The translations under genes were made by a program, and so were the position numbers. Of a stretch of 30,245 nt of DNA, positions 1-10,010 are shown piece after piece. Origin of the DNA: Octopus sinensis (Eukaryota); assembly GCF_006345805.1 (NCBI RefSeq), contig NW_021836410.1:1-30245 (forward strand), in the 5' to 3' direction. Numbering within the stretch: position 1 is the stretch's first letter; every line of letters begins with the position of its first letter. The notes beneath the pieces are model-generated. The model did no database searches. It had not been told where the DNA came from and saw nothing but the letters and a program-made list of their open reading frames with translations.

Positions 1-124
1 TAATTTAGCGATCAACTAAATTGTACAATGCGTTCTTTAAAAGTGTGGTCAATTAATTTAGTTCTTTGTCTAGTAAAAGTGAATTTTAATGAGGGAGGAA
101 TTTATCGTCAGTAGACTACGATTC

Positions 125-458
125 GGAGACCCTCTTCGGTCACAAATGACTATGGGATTGCACCTAGAAAGTTACCCTACAAGACACAAGTCCGGGCAAG
201 GTTGTTAGTGGAATACCAGCAGTCGCCCATGCATACCGGCCTCCCCTCTCTACGCACCCAGTGTTATCCAAGGGAAAGGCAAAGGCCGATACAGCTTGGC
301 ACCAGTGATGTCGCAGCTCATTTCTACAGCTGAGTGAAGTGGAACAACGTGAAATAAGGTGTCTTGCTCAAGAACACAACACGTAATCCGGTCCTGGATT
401 CGAACTCACAACCTCACGGTCGTAAGTTCGACCCTCTAACCACTGAGCCATGCGCCTT
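125..458 (-). mobile_element. tRNA-derived SINE (family C) with CORE-like middle and a distinct, probably LINE-derived 3' tail
   Basis: The minus strand starts GGCGCATGGCTCAGTGGTTAGAG (A box) ... GAGTTCGAATCC (B box), then GTGTTGTGTTCTTGAGCAAGACAC, shared with the copies at 25606 and 30033. Confidence 0.85.
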
Positions 459-592
459 CACAGACTAGGATTAATTAGACGTTTTTTCACTTTTTATCTA
501 TAAGGTCTATCTGCAGCATTTCAACCGAACAAAATTTCCAAAATCTGGCGCTGTGTGTACGTATGTGGTGGGGGGTGCGTCGTGCGTGCGTG

Positions 593-745
593 CGTGTCTC
601 CACATTGCTTGACAACCGGTATTCGTTTGTTTACATCCTTGTAACTTAGCGTTTCAGTAAAATAACTGATAGAGTAAGTACCAGACGTTTAAAATGAATA
701 TAAATACCGGAATCGATTTGTTTAACCAAAACAATTCAAGGCGAT
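593..745 (+). mobile_element. Diverged 3' fragment of SINE family A
   Basis: CATTGCTTGACAACCG...GTAACTTAGCG...GATAGAGTAAGTAC matches the 3' half of the copies at 15982 and 23427. Confidence 0.65.
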
Positions 746-786
746 GCGGATCTTTGTGGTTTTCGTCACTCCAGTCTCACACTTAA

Positions 787-880
787 CTGATACTTTATTT
801 ATCGATCCCGTGACAAAAAACATAAATTTGAACTCAGAGTACAAACAACTGGAACAAAAGCTGCTTCTAACATGTCTGCA
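787..880 (-). mobile_element. Diverged fragment of SINE family B
   Basis: TACTTTATTTATCGATCCCG...AATTTGAACTCAGA is the reverse complement of family B motifs (TCTGAGTTCAAATT, GGGGTCGATAAATAAAGTA). Confidence 0.55.
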
Positions 881-939
881 AATTCTCGCCATTTGAGATT
901 ACGTTTACCTAAATTATGTCCTAACTTTTTAAGATTTTC

Positions 940-1110
940 AGGTGTTGTTTGACTGTGATTTGGCTGTTATTTCTCGAAGTCCAAGATATCACGTGAAAGC
1001 ACTCTTTCGCTGACAACCTCCCCACAGTGGAGGTTGTTTTAACTCCAGGTCAGCCTTGATTGAGTAGATCTACAATCAAAAGCATTCCAAACATGACGAT
1101 CCTTTCTTAA
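940..1110 (-). repeat. Unclassified interspersed repeat related to 12975-13125
   Basis: Shares GAAATA(A/G)CAGCCAAATCA and a TAGATC...TGACC(T/C)GG block with 12975-13125. Confidence 0.45.
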
Positions 1111-1159
1111 GTTTTTAAACACTACGTTATTCGGTGTGTCCAGAATTATTTGAGGTGAA

Positions 1160-1243
1160 GGTACGTGGTTTAGTGGTTAAGGGGTATCCGGTTCGCGATC
1201 ATAAGGTCGCGAGTTCGATTCCCGGATGCGTGCTGTGACCTTG
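1160..1243 (+). mobile_element. SINE family C head (3' truncated)
   Basis: GGTACGTGGTTTAGTGGTTAAGG...GAGTTCGATTCCCGG...GTGCTGTGACCTTG, nearly colinear with 30033-30110. Confidence 0.7.
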
Positions 1244-1244
1244 G

Positions 1245-1736
1245 TGGTGGTGACGATGATGATGAGGATGATGACGACGATGGTAGGAGTGGTGATGATG
1301 ATGGAGATTATGATGACGCTGATGATGATGATGATGATGAAATCGATCACGATAATAATGACGACATCGACGACGACGTTGACAAGGAGGAGGAGGAAGA
1401 GGATAATGCTGGTAGTGTTGATGATGATGATGATGAACACGATGTCCTCAATGATGATGATGATGATAACAATAATGATAACGACGACGTTGATGACGAT
1501 AATGTCGATCACATTAATAATGACGACGATGACGACTATGATGAAGAGGAGGGGCAGGAGGAAGATAGTACTGGTGGTGGTGGTGGTGGTGGTGGTGGTG
1601 GTGGTGGTGGTGGTAGTGGTGGTGGTGGTGGTGGTGGTGGTGGTGGTGGTGGTGGTGGTGGTGGTGTTGGTAAGGATAAGGATAAAGATGAGGACGATGA
1701 TGACGATGCCGACCACCATGACAACGATGACTCGCA
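1245..1736. repeat. Compound trinucleotide low-complexity tract (GAT/GAC)n with a nearly pure (GGT)n core
   Basis: Directly visible; (GGT)n at about 1573-1665. It explains the poly-T, poly-V and poly-P ORFs. Confidence 0.95.
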
Positions 1737-2244
1737 AGTAGTCGTGGAAGGTTAGCTCACTATGCGGTTGTGTCTAAGTTCGCTGAAAGCTTAGTACTTG
1801 AAACTGGTAATATTTTCTCATTAATTCCCTGTCTGGTTCAGTGTTTATCTTACTTACTAAACAAAGAAGACATTTATACGTCATCTTCAGAAATAGATAT
1901 TCACTGCCGTATTTCGTGCGCTGTATGGCATTTCATTTAAATGTATAAAGCTTCTTGGCCGTTTAACACATATATTTAAACATTATAACCTACCTGTACG
2001 TATCCTAAAATATGTATGTTTACATACAGCTAAAGACAAACAAACACACACAAACACACACACACACATACAAACATACACAGAGATACATACACACATA
2101 CACACGTATATTTATACATATACATTACATAGATGTGTGGTTGAGTGTGCGCTATATAAAATAGTACTGCTCATACGACTTACTGCAGAAGCAAGGTTCA
2201 ATTCTCTTTGGTAATTTAACATCTTTCAATATGTACATATATCG

Positions 2245-2440
2245 CCATGGTAGATCGTGAGCCACTACACACATTTTTTTCTCTCCTTGTTTTTTCTGTG
2301 TCCCTTTCTGTAGAAGAGCGTAGGCTCGAAACGTAAAAGACTTTTTCTATTCCTGAGTGTTATACTAATACATCTGTTTGTTTTGTACACCCCCTGTCTT
2401 CGTCTTTTGTTTGTTTTTTTTTTCGTAACCTCTCCCTATA
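2245..2440 (+). mobile_element. Penelope-type solo repeat (pLTR-like) with hammerhead-like motif
   Basis: Same layout as 23880-24135: pyrimidine-rich leader, CTGT(A/C)GAAGAGCGTAG(G/A)CTCGAAAC, CC(T/C)GAG(T/C)GTTA, CTAATAC, GTCTTCGTCTTTTGTT, ending at (TA)n. Confidence 0.6.
2304..2339 (+). ncRNA. Minimal type-I hammerhead-ribozyme-like motif, variant core CUGUAGA
   Basis: Stem I CTTT/AAAG, core CTGTAGA, extra A, stem II GAGC-GTAG-GCTC, GAAA, palindromic ACGT, putative GUA site. Confidence 0.5.
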
Positions 2441-2584
2441 TACATATATATATATCAAGAGAAACGCCCATAAACGGCCCGCATTTTCTCCTGGTGACCC
2501 AATAATCTTGTAAGCATCTGCTATGTGGAGCTTTTGACCGGTAACGTTTGCATTTGCAAGTTGTTGGCAGGAAATATGATTTTA

Positions 2585-2701
2585 TGTATGTATATATGTA
2601 TGTATGTACGTATGTATGTATGGGTGTGTATGTATGTATGTATGTATGTATGTATGTATGTATGTATGTATGTATGTATGTACGTATGTATGTATGTATG
2701 C
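2585..2701. repeat. (TATG)n microsatellite
   Basis: Direct observation. Confidence 0.95.
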
Positions 2702-2744
2702 AAACAGGATAATAGAACTCAAACGTGACTATATATATATATAT

Positions 2745-3073
2745 AATAAAGGTAGAAAATTTAGAAAAATCTTTATACCGGTGGCTATAGCATGCGTAAT
2801 AATGTCAATAGACAACATATTTTTCCCATATAACAGTGTGTGAACAATTTACGTATTTTTATTTACATTCCTTTTGAAATTGCTCTTATTCGTGGTTTGG
2901 GCTTTAACTACCCTTTCTAGCATATAAGGTGTCCTGTCAAAGGTCACCTCTTTCGTGTATATATATGTAAATTGTTTATACACTATTGTATATGAAAATA
3001 AGTTGTCTATTGACTTTATTACGCATGCTGGCCACGGGTATGAAAAGTTTTCTAAATGTTCAACCCTTATTAT
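2745..3073. mobile_element. Fold-back / MITE-like element with ~105-bp imperfect terminal inverted repeats
   Basis: 2750-2855 (ATTTAGAAAA...GCATGCGTAATAATGTCAATAGACAAC...AACAATTTAC) is the reverse complement of 2965-3070. The spacer recurs at 3318-3410. Confidence 0.75.
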
Positions 3074-3309
3074 TTTCACAGTAAAATTCTCGTAGTTTCA
3101 AAGCCTTTCTGGTACGCAGTTTTAATTCTTTATTATTATTTGCCGCCGAATGTATCTGCGCTGGCGTGGTGGGGTCGAAAATTATAATGTATAACTATGT
3201 AGAACGTGCATTAATTTTAGCGCCCTCACTGAAGAAGTACGGATGGCAAATTAATTTATTTTGCACATTGATTAAGAAACTCGAGCTTGAGGGTAACTAC
3301 AGAAATATT

Positions 3310-3445
3310 TTTATTGTCATTCCCTTTAAAATTGGTCTTGTTCATGGTTTGGGCTTTAACTGCCTTTCTAGCATGTAAGGTGTCCTATCAAAGGTCACCT
3401 CTTTCGTGTATAAATACGTAAATTCTTTATACACTGTTACATATA
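3310..3445 (+). mobile_element. Second, partial copy of the fold-back element, ending at the Helitron insertion
   Basis: Highly similar to 2866-2990 (offset 452 bp); stops exactly at the TC start of the next element. Confidence 0.75.
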
Positions 3446-3833
3446 TCTTTATATGCAAAAGTCAAGTTGTGTGTCTGTCTCCTACGATTTAGATTTCTAA
3501 CAACTCCCACATTTTGCGGTGCAGTTTAACCAAAACCGGGTATGTATAGTCGTGATTCATATCGAGCACTTCATATCGCGCGTCTACGATGAGTCTACGA
3601 TTTAAAAAAAAATTACCATCAATTTTCCCCATTTTTAATGCATTTTTGGCATATATAAGGGAAGTAACTCTCTAAAAATTAATTTTTAAATCTCAGAACG
3701 TGAAAAGCTACAGTAACACCCCCCCCCATTTGTGGTTAGCCATATTGAGATGGCTATTATACTTTACATCTCTAAAAACGCTTATATAGTTATTTACCTT
3801 ACAAACCCGAGCAACGCCGGGCGATACTGCTAG
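3446..3833 (+). mobile_element. Non-autonomous Helitron-like element (388 bp)
   Basis: 5' TC (3446-3447) after A; 3' GC-rich hairpin CCCGAGCAACGCCGGG (3806-3821) 8 nt before terminal CTAG (3830-3833), followed by T; no TSD. Confidence 0.75.
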
Positions 3834-4203
3834 TATATATATAATCCTCGACTATCACGGGTGTTACATTCCAAACCCACCTCCGCGCTAGATGAAAATC
3901 ATCGAAGTAGAAACAGTACTGTACTGTATATTTTTTAATTATTTTTATAACTTGCATGTATTTATTTTATTATAAATGCAAAACAACACTACAGAAGAAT
4001 CGACGTAAGCTTAAATAATAAACCGCGATAGGTGAACTGCGATATGGCGGAAGATTACTGTATACATATATTTAGTTAATGAGAGACGGAAGATGGAAGA
4101 TACGAAAATTTATATTAAATTTATATTTATATTTCGATCCATCTAGCATCGGTCCCTCACGGGTAGGATACTTAACAACTGGTTCAAGAGCATCCAACGA
4201 TGT

Positions 4204-4223
4204 AGATTGATAGATTGAGAAAG

Positions 4224-4316
<93 letters not shown>

Positions 4317-4360
4317 GTCAGACAGACAGACAGACAGACAGACAGACAGGCAGGCAGGCA

Positions 4361-4393
<33 letters not shown>

Positions 4394-4458
4394 ATAGACA
4401 TACATACATACAGACAGACAGACAGACAGGTAGACACATACATACATACACACACACA
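4204..4458. repeat. Compound tetranucleotide tract (GATA)n-(GACA)n-(GGCA)n-(TACA)n
   Basis: Direct observation. Confidence 0.95.
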
Positions 4459-4660
4459 CTGCCTAAATACCATCTTAAGAACTTAGGCTACTCAAAACCA
4501 GGAAGAAGAAAGCTGATATGAAGACTACAGATATAATTCATCACTGGAAATGCAAAACCCTGTAAAACTTTCTAGAAGTTTATCATTTATGTATATCTGA
4601 GCATGTCTAGATTTGTAACTATACGAAAGAGAATACATATATAAAACATACAGGTCTGCA

Positions 4661-4912
4661 TATACATACATACATACATACATACATACATACATACATA
4701 CATACATACATGCATGCATGCATACAGACAAAAAATACCCTGCTGCTGATGTCGAAATTCCAATGAAGAAGCCTTGGATCTAGGTTAGAAACCGGTTCTT
4801 TCTCTATTGGCGAGAAATCTTGAAATAAAACTGAATTATGACAGGCATTCATACATACATACGTACGTACGTACATACATACATACATACATACATACAT
4901 ACATACATACAT
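4661..4912. repeat. Two (TACA)n tracts (4661-4726, 4849-4912) around a ~120-bp non-microsatellite segment
   Basis: Direct observation. Confidence 0.9.
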
Positions 4913-4918
4913 AAAGAG

Positions 4919-5289
4919 ACCTCTTTTTGCCGAACCGCTAATTTATGGGAACGTAAACGTAGCAACATCGGTTGTCAAGCGATGGCGGCGGAAAAAGGGA
5001 CATAAACTCACACACACACGCACACACGCGTACACACACACACACATACACACAAGCAAACACACGCACACATGTATGTATGTGTATGAATGTGTGGTGT
5101 TTGTGTGTGTATGTGGTGTGTGTGTAAGTCTCCGGCGAGCTTCTTTCAATTTCCCTCTACCAAATACACTTATAAGTCTTTGGCCGGCCCAAGGCTTTGT
5201 AGAGGACACATACCCAAAGAGCCACGCAGTAGGACTGAAATCGGAACCACGTGTTAGGAAGCAAACTTCTTACCACACAGCCACACCTA
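4919..5289 (-). mobile_element. SINE family A, 3' truncated
   Basis: Reverse complement matches 15982/23427: GGCTGTGTGGTAAG head, CTGCGTGGC, CGGCCAAGACTT...GTGAGT, internal (TG)n, TAGCGGTTCGGCAAAA. Confidence 0.8.
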
Positions 5290-5398
5290 ATATGTGTGTG
5301 TGTGTGTGAGAGAGAGAGAGAGTGAGTATGTGTGTTTGTGTGTGTGCGTGTCAACTGAATATATGTTGGTTCGGGACTTCTAATTAGAAAAAATATAT

Positions 5399-5464
<66 letters not shown>

Positions 5465-5469
<5 letters not shown>

Positions 5470-5668
5470 AATCCGTACGAAAACACAAAGAGAAAACACC
5501 AACGCGAGGACGTGGAACAAGTATAGTGTTATTGCACGCTCGGGAAAGGAAAGAAAGGAGGATCTAACATTCGAGCGGAGCTCTTCGTCAGAAACACAGG
5601 TAAAGGAAAGATCCAAGGAAGGGAAGACAGAGGAAAAAAATCGCCAACGATACACACGCGGTCACATT

Positions 5669-5670
<2 letters not shown>
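5465..5670 (-). mobile_element. Penelope-type solo repeat with hammerhead-like motif, between (TA)n tracts
   Basis: Reverse complement aligns end to end with 27628-27845 (CAAAATGTGACCGCGTGTGTA...GACGAAGAGCTCC...TTGTTCCACGTCCTCGCGTTG). Confidence 0.75.
5562..5595 (-). ncRNA. Hammerhead-like motif, canonical core CUGACGA but damaged GAAA
   Basis: Minus strand reads GTTT-CTGACGA-A-GAGCTCCGCTC-GAA-TGTT-AGAT; one A is missing from GAAAC and the CpG has decayed. Confidence 0.5.
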
Positions 5671-5716
<46 letters not shown>

Positions 5717-5753
5717 ATGTGTTTGTATATTTTTATGTATATATATATATATA

Positions 5754-6910
5754 CTAGCTGAAGGTGACTCGCTCTACGCGCGGGTAAGAGTGTGGTTGTT
5801 ACTTTCTGTTGCTTCCTTTCAGCACGTAAAAAGCACCATCCGAACGTGACCGATTGCAGCGCCGCCTTGACTGGCTTCTGTGCCGGTGGCACGTAAAAAG
5901 CACCAACCGATCGTTGCCGCTGCGAGCCCCCCTGGCACCTGTGCCGGCGGCACGAAAATAGCACCCACTACACTCACAGAGTGGTTGGCGTTAGGAAGGT
6001 CATCCACCTGTAGAAACACTGCCAGATCAGACTGGAGCCTGGTGCAGCCTCCTGGCTTCCCAGACCCCGGTCAAACTTCCAACCCGTGCTAGCACGGAAA
6101 ACGGACGTTAAACGATGATGATGATGATGATTCACCCTCTTTGTTTCTCTCTCCTTTCTCTCTCACTTTCCCACTCTCTTACATTTTCTTTTCTCTCGGA
6201 CTCTCCCTCGCTTTCTCTTACTCTCTATCTTTATCTATCTCTCTCCCATTTATAAACAACAAAAGATCTTGAGTAAGTTGAGAAATAAAATATTTAGAAA
6301 GATCAATCATAAATATCAGGCAGTGGCAACGGAAAGGTCTGCTTCAAGGCAGACAGCAAAACGCTAACATTTAAAAGGGACAGACGAACTTGCGAGCTGA
6401 ATAAAAATAATAAAATATTGGAAACCAAAGTTTGAAGGGATAGAATCTGAGGATAGTAGAGTCACCATGGCTGGCATTTCTTAACGACGGACAGCAACGT
6501 ATTGACAGTTTAACGGCTGGCGTAAAATTTTGAACTTGATGTAAAAGAAAATCCGTAAACACCAAGTTTTGAAGTGATTCTTTCTCACGACAGTAGACTC
6601 ACCGTGGTAAGCATTCAAACTTCTTCATCATGGACGGCAACACATTAACGATTAAAAGGCTGGTGCAAAATTTTTAGCTTGATGTAACTGAGAATTCCTA
6701 AACACTCGCTCCTTTAAATTTTAATCCCCTTCCAGCCCCATTTAGACCCCTTTTCACATTTTGGTTAATATAACCCGATTTCATTTGGGTCTACTGGGGC
6801 CACATTTTATAAGATGAGGAAAAAAATAGTTGTCAAGCAAACTTGCCAGCACTTTTAACATAGGTGTGCATATTTTCAGCTGAATCGACCGACTACGTAA
6901 TGAACACATT
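5754..6910 (-). mobile_element. Helitron-like non-autonomous element interrupted by an RTE-type SINE
   Basis: Minus-strand CTAG|T end at 5754-5757 with hairpin 5767-5785. Internal ~143-bp diverged tandem pair (6487-6562 and 6630-6705). 5' boundary uncertain. Confidence 0.5.
5820..6130 (+). mobile_element. 5'-truncated SINE/LINE tail of RTE type ending in (GAT)n
   Basis: Three GCACG(T/A)AAAA(A/T)AGCACC modules, then GTTGGCGTTAGGAAGGTCATCCACCTGTAGAAAC...GGACGTTAAACGATGATGATG. RTE assignment is from memory of this tail type. Confidence 0.65.
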
Positions 6911-6927
6911 ATATATATATATATGTG

Positions 6928-6959
<32 letters not shown>

Positions 6960-6974
6960 CACGCATTATATATA

Positions 6975-7200
6975 CAAATGTATACAAATGAGATATATAT
7001 CTGTATAAATTAAATTAGAGATAAAACCACTAATAGGCAAATCAAACAGTGAAAAACCAAAAACAAAAACATTAAAAAAAATATATAATATAGAAAATAT
7101 ATAAAATATAAAATTGAAAAATTTAAATTATTTAAATTGAAAATAAAAATTATTAACTTATATTTATAATTTGTTTTAAAATATATATAACAATGAAAAA
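6975..7200 (-). repeat. Partial copy of the AT-rich repeat at 27850-28075
   Basis: TTAAATTAGAGATAAAACCACTAATAGGCAAATCAAACAGTGAAAAAC is the reverse complement of about 28004-28052. Confidence 0.7.
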
Positions 7201-7723
7201 GTATGAAAAAGTTTAATATACATAAATACAGATATATACACTTTGTATATATACATTATATATACATATTTATATATAGAACACACACACATACATTATA
7301 TATACATATTCATATATAGAACACACACACACAGAGACATACATTATATATACATATTTATATATAGAACACACACACACATATAAATGAACGCAAGAAT
7401 ATCTTATTCATAATATTTGTTCTCATGCTCGTGTGTTGTTGGTGACAGACAGAAACATAAAAGAAAGCCGACGTGATAGGAAGTTAAGAAACAGAGTAAG
7501 TGAAAAAGAGAGGAAATAGCGAGAGTGACAGATACTTTAATGAAGAGGAGTGAGAGGGTGAATGGAGGAAATAGCATGAGTGAGGAAGATGGCCCCTAGC
7601 AACCACACCTTTTAAGATAGGGATTTCTACATGTCCCTGTAAATTTTGGAGCGAATCGGACGGGACGTAGTGGCATTGAAAGCGATCCAAGCGGTAAAAA
7701 CGCATTTCAGTTCTATATATAGA

Positions 7724-7757
<34 letters not shown>

Positions 7758-7765
<8 letters not shown>

Positions 7766-7880
7766 ATCACATGACCGACCAAGCTATCAGATGTTGCTAC
7801 ACATCGCTGGTCACAATGCGCTTCGCATTGTTTTAGCCTTCAAATGACGCCACCCCGCTGGCTAAGCGAGCAGGCCAATA
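7758..7880. repeat. GC-richer island embedded in (TA)n, probably an interspersed repeat end
   Basis: Sharp (TA)n borders on both sides, starting with the near-palindrome TCACGTGATCACATGA. No second copy in the window; family not assigned. Confidence 0.4.
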
Positions 7881-8036
7881 TATATATATATATATTCTTA
7901 TCTTTCATTAAAAGATTAAGGAAGAAAAGTTACTGATAAGTGATATTCGTTAAAACAGTCAGAAATAGTTTCTAAGCCAGTCAAAATAGCTTTCAGCTAA
8001 ACTAAACCAATAAGATTAAACGGAGCAAAAAACAAA

Positions 8037-8037
<1 letters not shown>

Positions 8038-8098
<61 letters not shown>

Positions 8099-8181
8099 CA
8101 CACATATACGCACACACATACATATGTATGTTTGTATGTAAATATATACATATATATATGTACGTGTGTCCCGATAGATAA

Positions 8182-8253
<72 letters not shown>

Positions 8254-8275
8254 TGCATATACATATATATTTTCA
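8038..8275. repeat. (TA)n / (GATA)n compound microsatellite
   Basis: Direct observation. Confidence 0.95.
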
Positions 8276-8610
8276 TAAACCACACACACATTCTCTTAAA
8301 TATATTCATACACCTACACAGTCATATATTGTATGTGTGTGAGTGTGTGTATGTGTGTGTGTGTTTGTGTGTTTATCATTATCATTCAGAGTTGATCACA
8401 GCTGCCATAGGGTATTCGTGTGTTCTTCTCTCGAAGCAAAGATAGCATCAATAAATCTCTTATTTATCTTGTATGGGTTTTGATATACGTTTATTCATCT
8501 TATTGCCTTATAACATTATATCATTTATGCATATATGTGTTTACGTATATATATTATATGTATGTATGTATAATATATTATATATATATATATATAATAT
8601 ATATATATAT

Positions 8611-9770
8611 TAATCAATATAGGGTGGCAAAAAAATTTGTATTATTTTTTTGCCACCAGCGGCCTAGTGGGAAAAAATTAAATAGTCATAGACCATTTTT
8701 AAGTTCAACATCAACAATCAAGGAACGGCCATAATAGGCCATTCACCCACTAGAAATAACAGCCAAAGCTTCAACCGCAAATAAAAATCAATTCCGTAAA
8801 CAGGAGAAAATTTAAAAAACATTTACCCTGTAATTTCTTATACGATGCACCGTTTCATCTGCTGTTTAATGGTAAACTAACCTGATTAAATTAAATCAAG
8901 CCAATCTTCCATAGGCCCTCAGATTCTTCAGTAAGAAATAGCCAAGTCGGAACAGATATTTTCACGAGGCATTTCCGACCCTGCCAAGGCAATATCTGAC
9001 CTAAAATTTTCAAATCATCGCACTCGCGCCAAATTTATCGGCAGCAAATAAATATAAGCCGTCGATTCCATTACGGAATTAACCAGAAAATTCATAATTA
9101 ATCAATATAGGGTGGCAAAAAAATTTTGTAGAATTTTTTTGCCACCAATTAAGAAATTACAGGGTAAATGTTTTTTTAATTTTCTCCTGGTTTACGGAAT
9201 TGATTTTTATTTGCGGTTGAAGCTTTGGCTGTTATTTCTAGTGGGTGAATGGCCTATTATGGCCGTTCCTTGATTGTTGATGTTGAACTTAAAAATGGTC
9301 TATGACTATTTAATTTTTTCCCACTAGGCCGCTGGTGGCAAACAAATTCTACAAAATTTTTTTGCCACCCTATATTGATTAATTATGAATTTTCTGGTTA
9401 ATTCCGTAATGGAATCGACGGCTTATATTTATTTGCTGCCGATAAATTTGGCGCGAGTGCGATGATTTGAAAATTTTAGGTCAGATATTGCCTTGGCAGG
9501 GTCGGAAATGCCTCGTGAAAATATCTGTTCCGACTTGGCTATTTCTTACTGAAGAATCTGAGGGCCTATGGAAGATTGGCTTGATTTAATTTAATCAGGT
9601 TAGTTTACCATTAAACAGCAGATGAAACGGTGCATCGTATAAGAAATTACAGGGTAAATGTTTTTTAATTTTCTCCTGGTTTACGGAATTGATTTTTATT
9701 TGCGGTTGAAGTTTTGGCTGTTATTTCTAGTGGGTGAATGGCCTATTATGGCCGTTCCTTGATTGTTGAT
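8611..9770. repeat. Head-to-head inverted duplication of a ~488-bp tandem unit
   Basis: Forward block 8611-9147 (unit restarts at 9099) and reverse block 9150-9770 (restarts after 490 bp), near identical, flanked by (TA)n. Confidence 0.95.
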
Positions 9771-9784
9771 ATATATATATATAT

Positions 9785-9818
<34 letters not shown>

Positions 9819-9840
9819 ATATAATATATATATATATATA

Positions 9841-9908
<68 letters not shown>

Positions 9909-10010
9909 TATATTATATATATATATACACACACAAATACATATATACATATATTCATCATTTATTGTGTGTGTGTGTGTTGTGTGTGTGTGTGTGTGTG
10001 TGTTTCTGTG
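9771..10010. repeat. (TA)n / (TG)n microsatellite
   Basis: Direct observation. Confidence 0.95.

Noticed and set aside
1177-1741. 171-186 aa ORFs on both strands
   Set aside because: Translations are homopolymeric runs produced by (GAT)/(GGT) repeats; no domain and no codon structure.
4764-4800. Hairpin AGCCT/AGGTT followed by GAAACCGGTT, superficially hammerhead-like
   Set aside because: No CUGANGA core (reads CCAATGA or ATGAAGA), and an extra base separates stem II from GAAA.
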